Assembly (NCBI GenBank): GCA_963674865.2
Contig: CAXXYE010000004.1
Coordinates: 608,001-672,000 of the forward strand
Source of the DNA: Candidatus Hydrogenedentota bacterium
GTDB lineage: Bacteria; Hydrogenedentota; Hydrogenedentia; Hydrogenedentales; SLHB01
Direction: 5' to 3'
Length of the DNA: 64,000 bases
Under the pieces are notes generated by a model. That model worked only from the letters and a program-made list of their open reading frames with translations. It made no database searches and was not told the DNA's origin. Position numbers and translations under genes: made by a program. Of the stretch, positions 39,530 through 49,561 are shown piece after piece (positions within the stretch are counted from its first letter, which is position 1; every line of letters begins with the position of its first letter).

Positions 39530-41260
39530 ATGAGACACACCGCCATTCTGCTGGCATCATTCTTGACCTCAGTAACACTCTTCGGCTCTCGCGCAGAGGC
39601 GGCACCACCGGAGTCCGGGCGCATCGAGGTCTACGCTCAGGCAGCCACAGTGCGCTTCCCCGTGGAGCGAGGACGTGCGCGCAAGACCTCCGCAAAGATC
39701 GAAAGCGCCCGGAACGAAGTCGAGTCCTTTCAACTCATCATCACGGCACGCGAAAACCAACTTCACGAGGTCATGGTGGAAACCGACGGGCTCAACAGCG
39801 ACGGGGGGGAGCACATCACAAGAAAGGACTTCGCGTTTTTCCGCGTGGTCGGCATTCCCGTGCGTCAATCGTCCCCGCACGCCGCCTTGCCCAAAGGGAT
39901 GTTCCCAGATGCGCTGGTTCCTTTCACTGACGCCATTACAGGCGACGCCATCCCGGCCAGCCGCTGGATTTCTTCGAGGGAGCAATTGCCCGGCGCGCGG
40001 TTCGGCGGCGCACCCATCCGCGCCATCCCCCCGGGCGGCAGCGAGACGATATGGGTGGACATCCGCGTACCTGCCGACGCCAGTCCGGGCGTCTATACAG
40101 GCAGCCTCCGCATTACGGCCGCGAACGCCGTGGAAGCCCGGCTCCCGGTGCAACTCGAAGTCTGGGACTTCACGCTTCCCGATGCACCCACCCATACCAA
40201 CCACTTCGGGGGCATGATCCACGGAGCACGCCATCTTGGCCTTGCACCCGGCTCGGATGAGTACAACCGGATGGAAAGTCGTTTGGCCGATCTGTTCTAT
40301 GAGCACCGCTTGACGCCTCGCCTCCCTCGCCGACTGCAACCGCCGCCCGAGCCCGACGGAGCCGTGCTCTTCCCGAAAGAGATCGAGCGCGGCATCGACG
40401 CGTTCGTGGGCAAGTACCGCATCAAGAATCTCGAAGTCCCGCGAGCGCCTTTTCGTGACAACCAGACGGAAGAGATCGCACATTTCTATCGCTCGTGGTA
40501 CGCCTTTCTGGAGAGAAAAGAACTGAACGAAGAGAGCTTCGTGTACCTCTACGATGAGCCTAACTCAAAGGAAGCGTACGACAAGGTGCGCGCTCAAGCC
40601 GCCGTCGTTCACGCGGCCGTGCCTGCCCTGCGCTGCTTAGTGGTGGAGCAGACTTACACCCAGGACCCGGAGTGGGGGACGCTGATAGGGGCCGTCGACA
40701 TCTGGTGTCCACTTTTCGGCTTCGTCGACGAGGAGACGATAGGCGAAGCGCTTCAACGAGGGGAGCAAGTGTGGAGTTATACCGCCCTGGTTCAACCCGC
40801 CCCCGAATACCATCCTCACGCCGCGGAACTGAAAGGCAAATACCCGCCCATCTGGCTGATCGATTTCCCCGTCACGGCCTATCGCGTGGCGCCATGGCTC
40901 AACCGCAGATACAACATCAACGGCCTCCTCTACTGGGCAACGACCTACTGGAGCCCGCGGGAGCGCAATCCTTGGAACGACCCAGCGTTGAGGCTCGTCT
41001 GGAACGGCGAAGGCGCCTTGTTCTATCCGGGCGCGGCTATCGGCATCGACGATATCGTGCCTACCATCCGCCTCAAGATGCTCCGAGACGGCATGGAGGA
41101 TTACGAGTACTTCGCCCTACTCGACAAGGCCGGCAAAGGAGAGCAAGTGGAAAGGGCCGTGCGCAAAGTGGCCCCCTCCTGGCACCAATGGCGGCAAGCT
41201 CCCCGCACCATACTCAAGATACGCCGAAAACTGGCGAAGGCCATCCTGAGATTGCAGTGA
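39530..41260 (+). CDS. DUF4091/GH123-like glycoside hydrolase
   Basis: Signal peptide, ARNEVESFQL, PDALVP, WVDIRVP..GVY.G, VWDFTLP, YDEP, GLLYW, NGEG.LFYPG, RDGMEDYEY. Confidence 0.8.
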   Translation: MRHTAILLASFLTSVTLFGSRAEAAPPESGRIEVYAQAATVRFPVERGRARKTSAKIESARNEVESFQLIITARENQLHEVMVETDGLNSDGGEHITRKDFAFFRVVGIPVRQSSPHAALPKGMFPDALVPFTDAITGDAIPASRWISSREQLPGARFGGAPIRAIPPGGSETIWVDIRVPADASPGVYTGSLRITAANAVEARLPVQLEVWDFTLPDAPTHTNHFGGMIHGARHLGLAPGSDEYNRMESRLADLFYEHRLTPRLPRRLQPPPEPDGAVLFPKEIERGIDAFVGKYRIKNLEVPRAPFRDNQTEEIAHFYRSWYAFLERKELNEESFVYLYDEPNSKEAYDKVRAQAAVVHAAVPALRCLVVEQTYTQDPEWGTLIGAVDIWCPLFGFVDEETIGEALQRGEQVWSYTALVQPAPEYHPHAAELKGKYPPIWLIDFPVTAYRVAPWLNRRYNINGLLYWATTYWSPRERNPWNDPALRLVWNGEGALFYPGAAIGIDDIVPTIRLKMLRDGMEDYEYFALLDKAGKGEQVERAVRKVAPSWHQWRQAPRTILKIRRKLAKAILRLQ

Positions 41261-41366
41261 CGGCACGAGGGAAATGTTGGCCCAACGCGCCCTGTTGCGG
41301 TTATGATGGGGGCCGCGATGGGCGCATGACGAGTAGCACGGGCACGCAGAAACGCGTAGGGGCGCC

Positions 41367-42350
41367 ATGAAGAACGTCACGTTTGTGATCCCGGTGTACA
41401 ACGAGGAGACGGCCCTGCCGGAACTCTTCGCGGAGTTGACGGCGTTCTTCGAGGATTCGGATGGCCTCGCCTTTGAGGCCGTTCTCGTGGACGACGGCAG
41501 CACGGATCGCTCGTGGCGACTCATCCACGAGCAGCATGCCAAGGACTCGCGTTTCCGCGCCGTGCGGCTCTCGCGCAACTTCGGCCACCAAACGGCCTTG
41601 ACGGCCGGCCTCGACCTCGCGGAGGGCGACGCCGTCATCGTCATGGACGCCGACCTCCAGGATCCGCTCGACGTCGCCGGCGAGATGCTCGACGCCTGGC
41701 GCGCGGGCCACGACGTAGTCTACGGCCAACGCGAGGCGCGTGAGGGGGAAGGCTGGATCAAGCGGAGCGCCGCCTTCGCCTTCTACCGCTTCATGAAACT
41801 CATCACGCGCGATCCCACCCCGCGCGATGTGGGCGACTTCTACCTCCTCAGCCGGCAAGCGCTCACCGAGCTGCGCCGCATGCGCGAGCACAACCGCTAT
41901 CTGCGCGGCATGGTGTTCTGGCTGGGCTTCGACCGCAAATGCATCCGATACCGCCGCCGCGTCCGCGCCAGCGGGACAACCAAGTACCGCGTCCGCGACA
42001 TGGTGTCCTTCGCCATCGATGGCATTCTGTCCAGCTCAGGCTATCCCTTGGTTGTCTCAGCGTATGCCGGTGTGTTCATCGCCCTCATCAGCTCGCTCTT
42101 GGCCTTTCGGGCGCTCTTTGTCCGCATGACGAATCCCAACTTCGCCAAGGTCGCTTCAGGTTGGACCTCGATCTTCATCCTCGTCCTGTTCATGGGCGGC
42201 GTCCAACTCACTACCATGGGCGTCATCGGCCTCTACCTTTCCCGCGTGTACAACCAGGTCAAGAATCGCCCCCTCTACATCCTCCGCGATATGTGCGGTA
42301 CATCACCATCCGCCGGCGAAGAGCCGCCGGCTGACAGCCCTTCGGAATAG
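41367..42350 (+). CDS. GtrB/ArnC-like polyprenol-phosphate glycosyltransferase (GT2)
   Basis: IPVYNEE, VDDGSTD, LSRNFGHQ, MDADLQDP, two C-terminal TMs, NRPLY. Confidence 0.92.
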   Translation: MKNVTFVIPVYNEETALPELFAELTAFFEDSDGLAFEAVLVDDGSTDRSWRLIHEQHAKDSRFRAVRLSRNFGHQTALTAGLDLAEGDAVIVMDADLQDPLDVAGEMLDAWRAGHDVVYGQREAREGEGWIKRSAAFAFYRFMKLITRDPTPRDVGDFYLLSRQALTELRRMREHNRYLRGMVFWLGFDRKCIRYRRRVRASGTTKYRVRDMVSFAIDGILSSSGYPLVVSAYAGVFIALISSLLAFRALFVRMTNPNFAKVASGWTSIFILVLFMGGVQLTTMGVIGLYLSRVYNQVKNRPLYILRDMCGTSPSAGEEPPADSPSE

Positions 42351-42377
42351 GGGCCACGACTTGTGACTTATTCGTTT

Positions 42378-42439
42378 GCGGAAAACGGGGACTGACACAA
42401 GCGAAGCGGAGCGCAGACGTGTCTGTCCCCCTTTTCCGC
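42378..42439. repeat. REP-like palindrome
   Basis: 21-bp arms gcggaaaacggggactgacac/gtgtctgtcccccttttccgc with 2 mismatches. Confidence 0.65.
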
Positions 42440-42519
42440 TCTGGCACATCCTCAATCGTTAGTAGCTCAGGATTGATTCATCCCACCAGGTAAACGGTGT
42501 GGGGGAGGGGAGACGCTCA

Positions 42520-42633
42520 ATGACGCTTTGGACATTCGTATTCGCCACCGACATCCACGTGGGATCGCCACGCCTCGCTCCGCGATTCACGCCGTGCGAC
42601 GTTTGCAGGCGCACGCGCATCTGTGTAGCATGA
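42520..42633 (+). pseudogene. Truncated metallophosphoesterase N-terminal fragment
   Basis: GGAGGGG RBS, then MTLWTFVFATDIHVGSPR (beta-strand + DxH motif). Stops after 37 aa. Confidence 0.5.
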
Positions 42634-42685
42634 GGCCCTTCCGAAGGCCACTGGCCAAGATCTGAACCAAGCCGAGAGAGGGCCG

Positions 42686-44263
42686 ATGCCTGCGAAACCT
42701 GTCGCTCATTGGAAACTGACGGGAGACTGCCGGGACTCGTCCGGCAACGGGCATCATGGGTGCAATCGCGGCGCCGCACTTGCCGCGGATGGCGCGCATT
42801 TCGACGGACGCACCGCGTGGATTGAAGTTCCTGATGCGCCTGCCCTTCACTTCAGCGACGCAGACTTCTCCATCGCCGCCTGGGAGCACACAGCCGGACT
42901 GCTCGACGATAACCTGGGCGACATCCTCGGCAAGTTCGATCCCGCCTCTCGCAAAGGCTTCAACTTCTGCATTCAGAACTTCCACGGCGTCACTTCAGGC
43001 CAGCCCAATCTCCGCAATGTCTTCTTCGGCATCGATGATGGCCGCGCTCCTCGCGGCTGGGAGGATTGCGGACGGCCGGGCGATAGTCTCATGGTGTGGG
43101 CCTTGTGCGTCTATCAAGGCGCGCTCTACGTGGGAACCTTCGAAACCGGCAGGGAGCAGGCCGGCCACGTCTATCGATACGACGGCGACACATCCTGGAC
43201 GGACTGCGGCAGCCCTCACCCCAGCAACGCGATCACGTCGCTCGCCGTGCATGAAGGCCGATTGTACGCGGCCGCATCCCACTACCGCGCCGCGGGCTCC
43301 TCAATAGCCGAATCAGAGAACGTCGTCCCCGGCGGGCGAGTCTTCCGATATGAGGGCGGAACGGCGTGGAGCGATTGCGGCCAACTTGGTGAAGCGGAAG
43401 CCGTCGGCGGAATGGCCGTCTACAAAGGGCGGCTCTATGCCTCGTCCATGTACGCCCCCGCCGGCCTCTTTCGATACGAAGGCGGTACGTCCTGGTTCCA
43501 CTGCGGCCATCCGGGGGGACGCGTCGAAGCGCTCGCCCTTCACGACGGCCACCTCTACGGCTCGGGCTGGGATCAACATCGTCCCGGCGTCTACCGATTC
43601 GACGGGCCCGGCGCGTGGGCCGACTGCGGCGCGCCGCCTGATACGACACAAACCTACTCCTTCGCCATGTACCAAGGCCGGCTCCACGCGGGCACCTGGC
43701 CATCAGGCAGAGTATTCGACTATGCAGGCGGGCGCTGGCAGGATTGCGGACGCCTGGGCGAGGAGGAAGAAGTCATGGGCCTCGCCGTCTACAACGGCAA
43801 ACTCTACGGCGGCACACTGCCTCTCGCGGAGGTCTACCGCTACGAGAACGACGGCGCTTGGATCTCCACCGGCCAACTCGACACTACGGAAGGCGTGCGG
43901 TACCGGCGCGCGTGGTCGATGGCCGTGTACGACGGCAAGCTCTTCTGCGGAACGCTCCCCGCCGGCCGCGTCTACGCACTCCAGGCCGGCCAGGCCGTCA
44001 CCCACGATCACGAACTCCCCCCGGGCTGGCAGCATCTCGCCGCCGTGCGGCGCGCGGGCGCACTCGAACTGTACGTCAACGGGCGCCGCGTGGCTGTTTC
44101 GCCTCCAGGAAAAGACGGATTCGACATCTCGAACACCGAATCCCTGACTCTGGGATTCGGCGCCCATGACTATTTCAACGGAAGCCTGAAGGACGTGCGC
44201 ATCTATGCCCACGCCCTGGCGCAAGACGAGTTGCCGGCCATCATGAACGAGTCGGCCCCGTAA
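42686..44263 (+). CDS. LamG-like jellyroll domain with inserted beta-propeller
   Basis: AHWKL..DSSGNGHHG, FSIAAW at the N-end. WQHLAAV, LYVNG, FNGSLKDVRIY at the C-end. Seven W.DCG-type repeats in between. Confidence 0.75.
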   Translation: MPAKPVAHWKLTGDCRDSSGNGHHGCNRGAALAADGAHFDGRTAWIEVPDAPALHFSDADFSIAAWEHTAGLLDDNLGDILGKFDPASRKGFNFCIQNFHGVTSGQPNLRNVFFGIDDGRAPRGWEDCGRPGDSLMVWALCVYQGALYVGTFETGREQAGHVYRYDGDTSWTDCGSPHPSNAITSLAVHEGRLYAAASHYRAAGSSIAESENVVPGGRVFRYEGGTAWSDCGQLGEAEAVGGMAVYKGRLYASSMYAPAGLFRYEGGTSWFHCGHPGGRVEALALHDGHLYGSGWDQHRPGVYRFDGPGAWADCGAPPDTTQTYSFAMYQGRLHAGTWPSGRVFDYAGGRWQDCGRLGEEEEVMGLAVYNGKLYGGTLPLAEVYRYENDGAWISTGQLDTTEGVRYRRAWSMAVYDGKLFCGTLPAGRVYALQAGQAVTHDHELPPGWQHLAAVRRAGALELYVNGRRVAVSPPGKDGFDISNTESLTLGFGAHDYFNGSLKDVRIYAHALAQDELPAIMNESAP

Positions 44264-44286
44264 CCACCCGCAAGGAGGTATTGCGC

Positions 44287-45495
44287 ATGCGTCTTTGGAT
44301 CCTGTCGTGCATCGTGATGTGCCTGGCCTTAGCCCTTTCCTTGGCCGCGGGAGCCGATACGAAGGCCGTCACCGACGAGGAGTACATCGCCCTCTTCCGC
44401 AAACACTTCAAGCCGGTGGAAGTACCTCCGCTCCTGGATACCTACGCCTCCGTGCGCCGATACGACGCGCTCTACATGGGCAAGAACCTGGAGGCCGCTC
44501 TGGCCGACGTCAACAACGATCAAGGCGCACTGGCCTGGGCCTTCTCGCGGCGCCTTGAATCCCTCAACGATATGTACCGCGTCACCGGCGATACGAAATA
44601 CCTCGAAGCCAATCTCCGCTGCATTCGCGCCACCCTCGCCGCTACCGATGACAAACGCGGCCTGAGGCTCTGGACGGGCGCCACCGTACCCGCGTGGGGA
44701 TGCGATAAGTACGCCAAGCGCGGCAGGGCCCTCTTCGCCGTCCACACCGGCATCATCACCGCGCCAATGTTCGATTTTCTCGTCCTCGCGAAAACCGAAC
44801 CCGCCTTCCTTCAGTCACTGGGCAAGGAGTTCGACACTATCCTCGAAGGAGCCACCGACGCCCTCGCCACCCATCACACGCAATGGCGATACGGCCCCGG
44901 AAAGCGCGAGGGCCACTACATCGGCCTGGATCAGGAGGAGGTCTGCGAGAACAGGCCCCTTCCCGGGAACCGCTTGGCGGCGATGGGCTGGGCGCTCTGG
45001 CTCTCTTGGAAGGCCTCCGGCGACAAAGTTCACCGCGATCGCGCCCTAGCCTTGGGACGCTACATCAAGAACCGCCTCACGCGCGGCAAGGACGGCGCCT
45101 ATTACTGGCCCTACTGGCTTCCCGGGGAGCCCGTCAAGAAGCGTCTGCCGCGCACCGCCGTCGAAGGCGAGGATACATCGCATGCCGGCCTGACCATGGT
45201 GTTTCCCTTCACGCTCGCGGCCGACGGCAAGATCTTCGACAAGGGCGACCTTGAGCGTATCGGCAAGACGGTGACGAATGGATTCGCCCGCCTCGGTGAC
45301 GGCATTCTGGTGAGTCGTATCACCGGCACCACCGAACTGCCGCCTTCCTACGTGGGCAATCCCGCCCGATGGCTGGCTATTGCGGAGGTCTGCCCTGAGA
45401 TCCGCGAGCCGATTCTCGCGTTCTACCTGAATTACAGGTCCACGCCCAATCCCAGCGAGCTTGCCTTGCTCATGCGTTACGCCAAGCCTGAGTGA
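44287..45495 (+). CDS. Secreted hypothetical protein, likely (alpha/alpha) barrel carbohydrate-active fold
   Basis: AAGGAGG RBS, signal peptide, MYRVTGDTKYL, VHTG, YWPYW, EDTSH. Confidence 0.55.
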   Translation: MRLWILSCIVMCLALALSLAAGADTKAVTDEEYIALFRKHFKPVEVPPLLDTYASVRRYDALYMGKNLEAALADVNNDQGALAWAFSRRLESLNDMYRVTGDTKYLEANLRCIRATLAATDDKRGLRLWTGATVPAWGCDKYAKRGRALFAVHTGIITAPMFDFLVLAKTEPAFLQSLGKEFDTILEGATDALATHHTQWRYGPGKREGHYIGLDQEEVCENRPLPGNRLAAMGWALWLSWKASGDKVHRDRALALGRYIKNRLTRGKDGAYYWPYWLPGEPVKKRLPRTAVEGEDTSHAGLTMVFPFTLAADGKIFDKGDLERIGKTVTNGFARLGDGILVSRITGTTELPPSYVGNPARWLAIAEVCPEIREPILAFYLNYRSTPNPSELALLMRYAKPE

Positions 45496-47432
45496 ACACG
45501 ATGCGCGCCCGACGAGTCCGAAGCCGCAAAGCCCGTGATGCACGAGTTCTCGTGTATGCGGCGCTGCTTGCCGCCGCGCTCGCGTTCACTCACGCCGCCG
45601 CGGCCTACCAGGAAGCGCCGCAACTCACCGACCTTGTCGCCGAAGGCAAGCTACCTCCCGTCGAGAAGCGCCTGCCCGAAAACCCGGCCATCGTCGAGCC
45701 CGTCAACCAGATCGGCATCTACGGAGGCACGTGGCGAAAGCTCGCCATGGGCGCCCTCGATATGCAGTTGAGCAGCCGCATGGCTTACGAGCCGCTCGTG
45801 CGCTGGGATCGCACCGGCCGGCGCGTCGTCCCAGGTTTGGCCGAAAGCTGGGAGATTCACGACGAGGGCAAGACCTACGTGTTCCATCTTCGCAAGGGTC
45901 TCCGGTGGTCCGACGGCCATCCCTTCACCTCGGAGGACTTCCTATTCCGCCACGAAGACATTCACCTCAACAAGACGCTCACGCCGGTGTTTCCGTCATG
46001 GCTGGCCATCGGCGGCACGCCGTGCGACGTCATGGCGCCCGATCCCTACACCGTCGTGTTCCAGTTCACGCAGCCTTACGGCGTGTTTCTCGAATACCTG
46101 GCCTTTCGCGGGAACTTCGTTTACAGCCCGAAGCACTACCTCAAACAGTTCCATCCCCGCTACACGGATGAGGAGACGCTTGTCAGGCGCGCCAAGGAGG
46201 CCGGGGTCGACTTATGGCAGCGCGTCTTCTCCCAGAGGACCCTCCCCAACGAGAATCCCGAGCTGCCCGTTATGACTCCCTGGAAGCTCACGGTGCCCCC
46301 GCCGGCCAGCCGCACCATCGCGGAGCGCAATCCCTATTACTGGAAAGTCGACCCCGCCGGCAATCAGCTCCCCTACATCGACCGCGTCGTCTTCACGGAT
46401 GTTCAGAGCAAGGAGATTCTCAATTTCAAGGCCATGGCGGGCGAGGTAGACTTCCAGGCCCGCCGCATCGATTCCGCCAACTACACCCTCTTCATGGAGA
46501 ATAGGAAGCAAGGCGGTTATCGCGTGCTGCGGGACCCGGGCGCCGTGATTGTCGTGGTCTACATCAACCAATACAGCCGGGACCCCGAACTGAGGCCCCT
46601 GCTCCAAGACAAACGCTTCCGCATCGCCCTCTCCGCAGCCGTCAATCGCGATGAACTCATCGACCTCATCTATTCAGGCTTGGCCCAGCCGTCCCGGGGC
46701 GTCGGCACGCCCCACGATCCGTACTACCTGCCGGAATTCGACGAGAAATACATCGACTACGACCCCGCTCTGGCCAATCAACTCCTTGACGAGCTCGGCA
46801 TGGCCCGCGGAAGGAACGGCCTGCGCCGCCTTCCCAACGGCAAGCCCTTCCGCCAGATCATGAACGTCTACCCTTCGGAAACCGGCACGGGCGCCGATCA
46901 ATGGCAATTGGTGGCCGACTACTGGCGCGAGGTGGGACTCGACTTCGTCGTGAAGTTCGACGCCGCGTCGCTCAGCGTCATGCAAGTCTGCAACGGCAAC
47001 AGCGATTTCTGGGCCTACGCCGCCTCCGGCCTCCATTGGGCCGCCGACCCGCTCTGGTACGTGCCGTGGCAAAGCAGCAGCTATTTCGCCCCGCTCTACG
47101 GCCGCTACCAGTCAAGCGGCGGCAAGAGCGGCGTAAAGCCCTCTCCGGAATTCCAGCGCCTCATAGACACCTACCTCGAACTTCGCGCCAGCGTGGGCGA
47201 CAAAGAGCGCAAACGCCAACTCGGCCATGCCATCCTCCGCCAATGGGCCGAGGAATGCTACACCGTCGGCATTTGTATCCCCGAGCTTCTAGCCATTGTC
47301 TCGAATCGCTTCAAGAACGTGCCCAACCACATCATCCACAGCTATCAGGTGATGTCGCCGGGATACATCGGCGTCGAGCAGTTCTACATCGACGAATCGG
47401 ACACGGCCCAGCCCGCCGAGGCGGGAGGATGA
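45492..47432 (+). CDS. ABC transporter substrate-binding protein (family 5)
   Basis: GKLPPVEKRLPENP, LAESW, LRKGLRWSDG.PFT, RNPYYWKVD..GNQLPYID. Confidence 0.93.
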   Translation: MNTMRARRVRSRKARDARVLVYAALLAAALAFTHAAAAYQEAPQLTDLVAEGKLPPVEKRLPENPAIVEPVNQIGIYGGTWRKLAMGALDMQLSSRMAYEPLVRWDRTGRRVVPGLAESWEIHDEGKTYVFHLRKGLRWSDGHPFTSEDFLFRHEDIHLNKTLTPVFPSWLAIGGTPCDVMAPDPYTVVFQFTQPYGVFLEYLAFRGNFVYSPKHYLKQFHPRYTDEETLVRRAKEAGVDLWQRVFSQRTLPNENPELPVMTPWKLTVPPPASRTIAERNPYYWKVDPAGNQLPYIDRVVFTDVQSKEILNFKAMAGEVDFQARRIDSANYTLFMENRKQGGYRVLRDPGAVIVVVYINQYSRDPELRPLLQDKRFRIALSAAVNRDELIDLIYSGLAQPSRGVGTPHDPYYLPEFDEKYIDYDPALANQLLDELGMARGRNGLRRLPNGKPFRQIMNVYPSETGTGADQWQLVADYWREVGLDFVVKFDAASLSVMQVCNGNSDFWAYAASGLHWAADPLWYVPWQSSSYFAPLYGRYQSSGGKSGVKPSPEFQRLIDTYLELRASVGDKERKRQLGHAILRQWAEECYTVGICIPELLAIVSNRFKNVPNHIIHSYQVMSPGYIGVEQFYIDESDTAQPAEAGG

Positions 47433-47439
47433 CGCGACT

Positions 47440-48435
47440 ATGATGACTTACATCCTTCGCCGCGTCCTCATGATGATCCCCACGCTATTCATCATCTCCG
47501 TGATTTCCTTCGCCATCATCCAACTCCCGCCCGGCGATTACCTGACAACCTACGTCGCCAACCTGGCACAGACGGGCGAACAAGCCACGCAAGCCGAAAT
47601 CGCCAGTCTCCGCGCGCAATACAGCCTCGATAAGCCGATCTACGTCCAGTACATCAAGTGGATGGGAGGCGTCCTGCACGGGGACTTTGGCCAGTCCTTC
47701 TCCCTCAACAAGCCCGTCAAAGACCTCATCTGGGAGCGCCTCGGCCTCACCGTCGCCATCTCGCTCATCACGATTCTCTTCACCTGGGCCGTCGCCGTCC
47801 CCATCGGCATCTACTCCGCCACGCATCAGTACTCCTTCTTCGATTACCTGTTCACCCTCATGGGCTTCATCGGCATGGCAACGCCCGCCTTCTCCCTCGC
47901 ACTCATCCTGATGTACATCTCCTACCGCGTTTTCGGAACGGGAGTGGGGGGGCTGTTCTCGGAAATGTACATGGACGCGCCGTGGTCCTTCGCAAAGGCG
48001 CTGGATCTGCTCAAGCACCTGTGGGTGCCGGTTCTCGTCCTGGGCATCGGCGGCACGGCCGGCCTCATCCGCCAGGTACGCGCCAATCTCCTCGATCAAC
48101 TTGAGATGCCCTACGTCGTCACCGCCCGCGCCAAAGGCCTCGCGGAGTGGCGGCTCCTCGTCAAATATCCCGTACGCATCGCCATCAATCCCATGGTGAG
48201 CACGCTGGGATGGATGCTTCCGCAGCTCGTCTCCGGCTCGGTGATCGTCGCCATGGTACTCAGCCTGCCGACCACCGGCCCGCTCATGCTCAACGCCCTC
48301 ATGGATCAGGACATGTACCTCGCGGGCACGTTTGTCATGATGCTCAGTGTGCTCACCGTCATCGGCACGCTGATCTCCGACATCCTCCTCGCCTGGGTGG
48401 ATCCCCGCATCCGATTTGAGAGGCAGCAGACATGA
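47440..48435 (+). CDS. ABC transporter permease (OppB/DppB-like)
   Basis: YILRR, PPGD, GDFGQS, YVVTARAKGL, DPRIR. Confidence 0.94.
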   Translation: MMTYILRRVLMMIPTLFIISVISFAIIQLPPGDYLTTYVANLAQTGEQATQAEIASLRAQYSLDKPIYVQYIKWMGGVLHGDFGQSFSLNKPVKDLIWERLGLTVAISLITILFTWAVAVPIGIYSATHQYSFFDYLFTLMGFIGMATPAFSLALILMYISYRVFGTGVGGLFSEMYMDAPWSFAKALDLLKHLWVPVLVLGIGGTAGLIRQVRANLLDQLEMPYVVTARAKGLAEWRLLVKYPVRIAINPMVSTLGWMLPQLVSGSVIVAMVLSLPTTGPLMLNALMDQDMYLAGTFVMMLSVLTVIGTLISDILLAWVDPRIRFERQQT

Positions 48436-49547
48436 ACGGCGCGGACAACACGGGACAAGTCCCCGAGGAATCGCGCTACCTAGCGTCGCAGTGGCGTTTG
48501 ATGTGGTGGCGATTCCTCGATCACCGGCTGGCCGTCGTGTCCATGGTCGTCGTCGGATTGCTCTACTTCATCGCGATCTTCTGCGAGTTCTTCGCCCCGG
48601 CCGCGCCTAACATCCGCAACGCGACGCGTAGTTTCGCGCCCCCACAGCGGATTCACATCATCCACGAGGGGCGCCTTCGCCGGCCCTTCGTGTATCCTCA
48701 GATTCAGAACGTCAATCCGGAGACTCTGGCCCGCACCTATTCGCAGGATACGTCCAAGCCCCAAAGTATTCACTTCCTCGTAAAAGGCGCCCCCTACCGG
48801 CTCTGGAGACTCATCCCGATGGACCGCCACCTTTTCGGACTGGCCGACGGCCGTCCCCTCCGCCTCCTCGGAGCGGATCGGCTGGGGCGCGACCTCCTTA
48901 GCCGCATCATCTACGGCAGCCGCATCTCCTTGTCCCTCGGCCTCGTCGGCGTAGCCGTCAGCCTCATCCTCGGCATCATCATTGGCGGCATCTCCGGCTA
49001 TTACGGCGGCATGATCGATAACCTCATCCAGCGCTTCATCGAGATCCTCCGCTCGTTCCCCACCATCCCCCTGTGGCTTGCTCTATCCGCGGCCATGCCC
49101 GCCACGTGGTCGCCCGTGAGAGTCTACTTCTGCATGACCCTCATCATCGCCCTCATCGGATGGACCGGCCTCGCCCGCGTTGTGCGCGGCAAGATCCTCG
49201 CCCTGCGCGAAGAGGATTACGCCCTGGCCGCACGCGTCGCCGGCGTCAAGGAATTCACCATCATCATGCGCCATCTCGTCCCCGGCTTCGCCAGCCACCT
49301 CATCGTCAGCGTCACGCTGGCCATCCCCGGCATGATCCTCGCCGAGACCTCCCTCAGCTTTCTCCGGCTCGGCTTGCGGCCGCCCACCATCAGTTGGGGC
49401 GTGTTGCTCCAGGACGCGCAGAACATCAACGCACTCGCGCTCTATCCGTGGCTGATGTCGCCGATTGTGTTCGTGATCGTCACCGTACTCATGTTCAACT
49501 TCCTGGGAGACGGACTCCGTGACGCCGCCGACCCGTATAGCCATTAA
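48432..49547 (+). CDS. ABC transporter permease (OppC/DppC-like)
   Basis: LGADRLGRDLLSR, YALAARVAG, ETSLSFL, SWG, GDGLRDAADP. Confidence 0.94.
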   Translation: MNGADNTGQVPEESRYLASQWRLMWWRFLDHRLAVVSMVVVGLLYFIAIFCEFFAPAAPNIRNATRSFAPPQRIHIIHEGRLRRPFVYPQIQNVNPETLARTYSQDTSKPQSIHFLVKGAPYRLWRLIPMDRHLFGLADGRPLRLLGADRLGRDLLSRIIYGSRISLSLGLVGVAVSLILGIIIGGISGYYGGMIDNLIQRFIEILRSFPTIPLWLALSAAMPATWSPVRVYFCMTLIIALIGWTGLARVVRGKILALREEDYALAARVAGVKEFTIIMRHLVPGFASHLIVSVTLAIPGMILAETSLSFLRLGLRPPTISWGVLLQDAQNINALALYPWLMSPIVFVIVTVLMFNFLGDGLRDAADPYSH

Positions 49548-49561
49548 CACGCGGGAGAACC

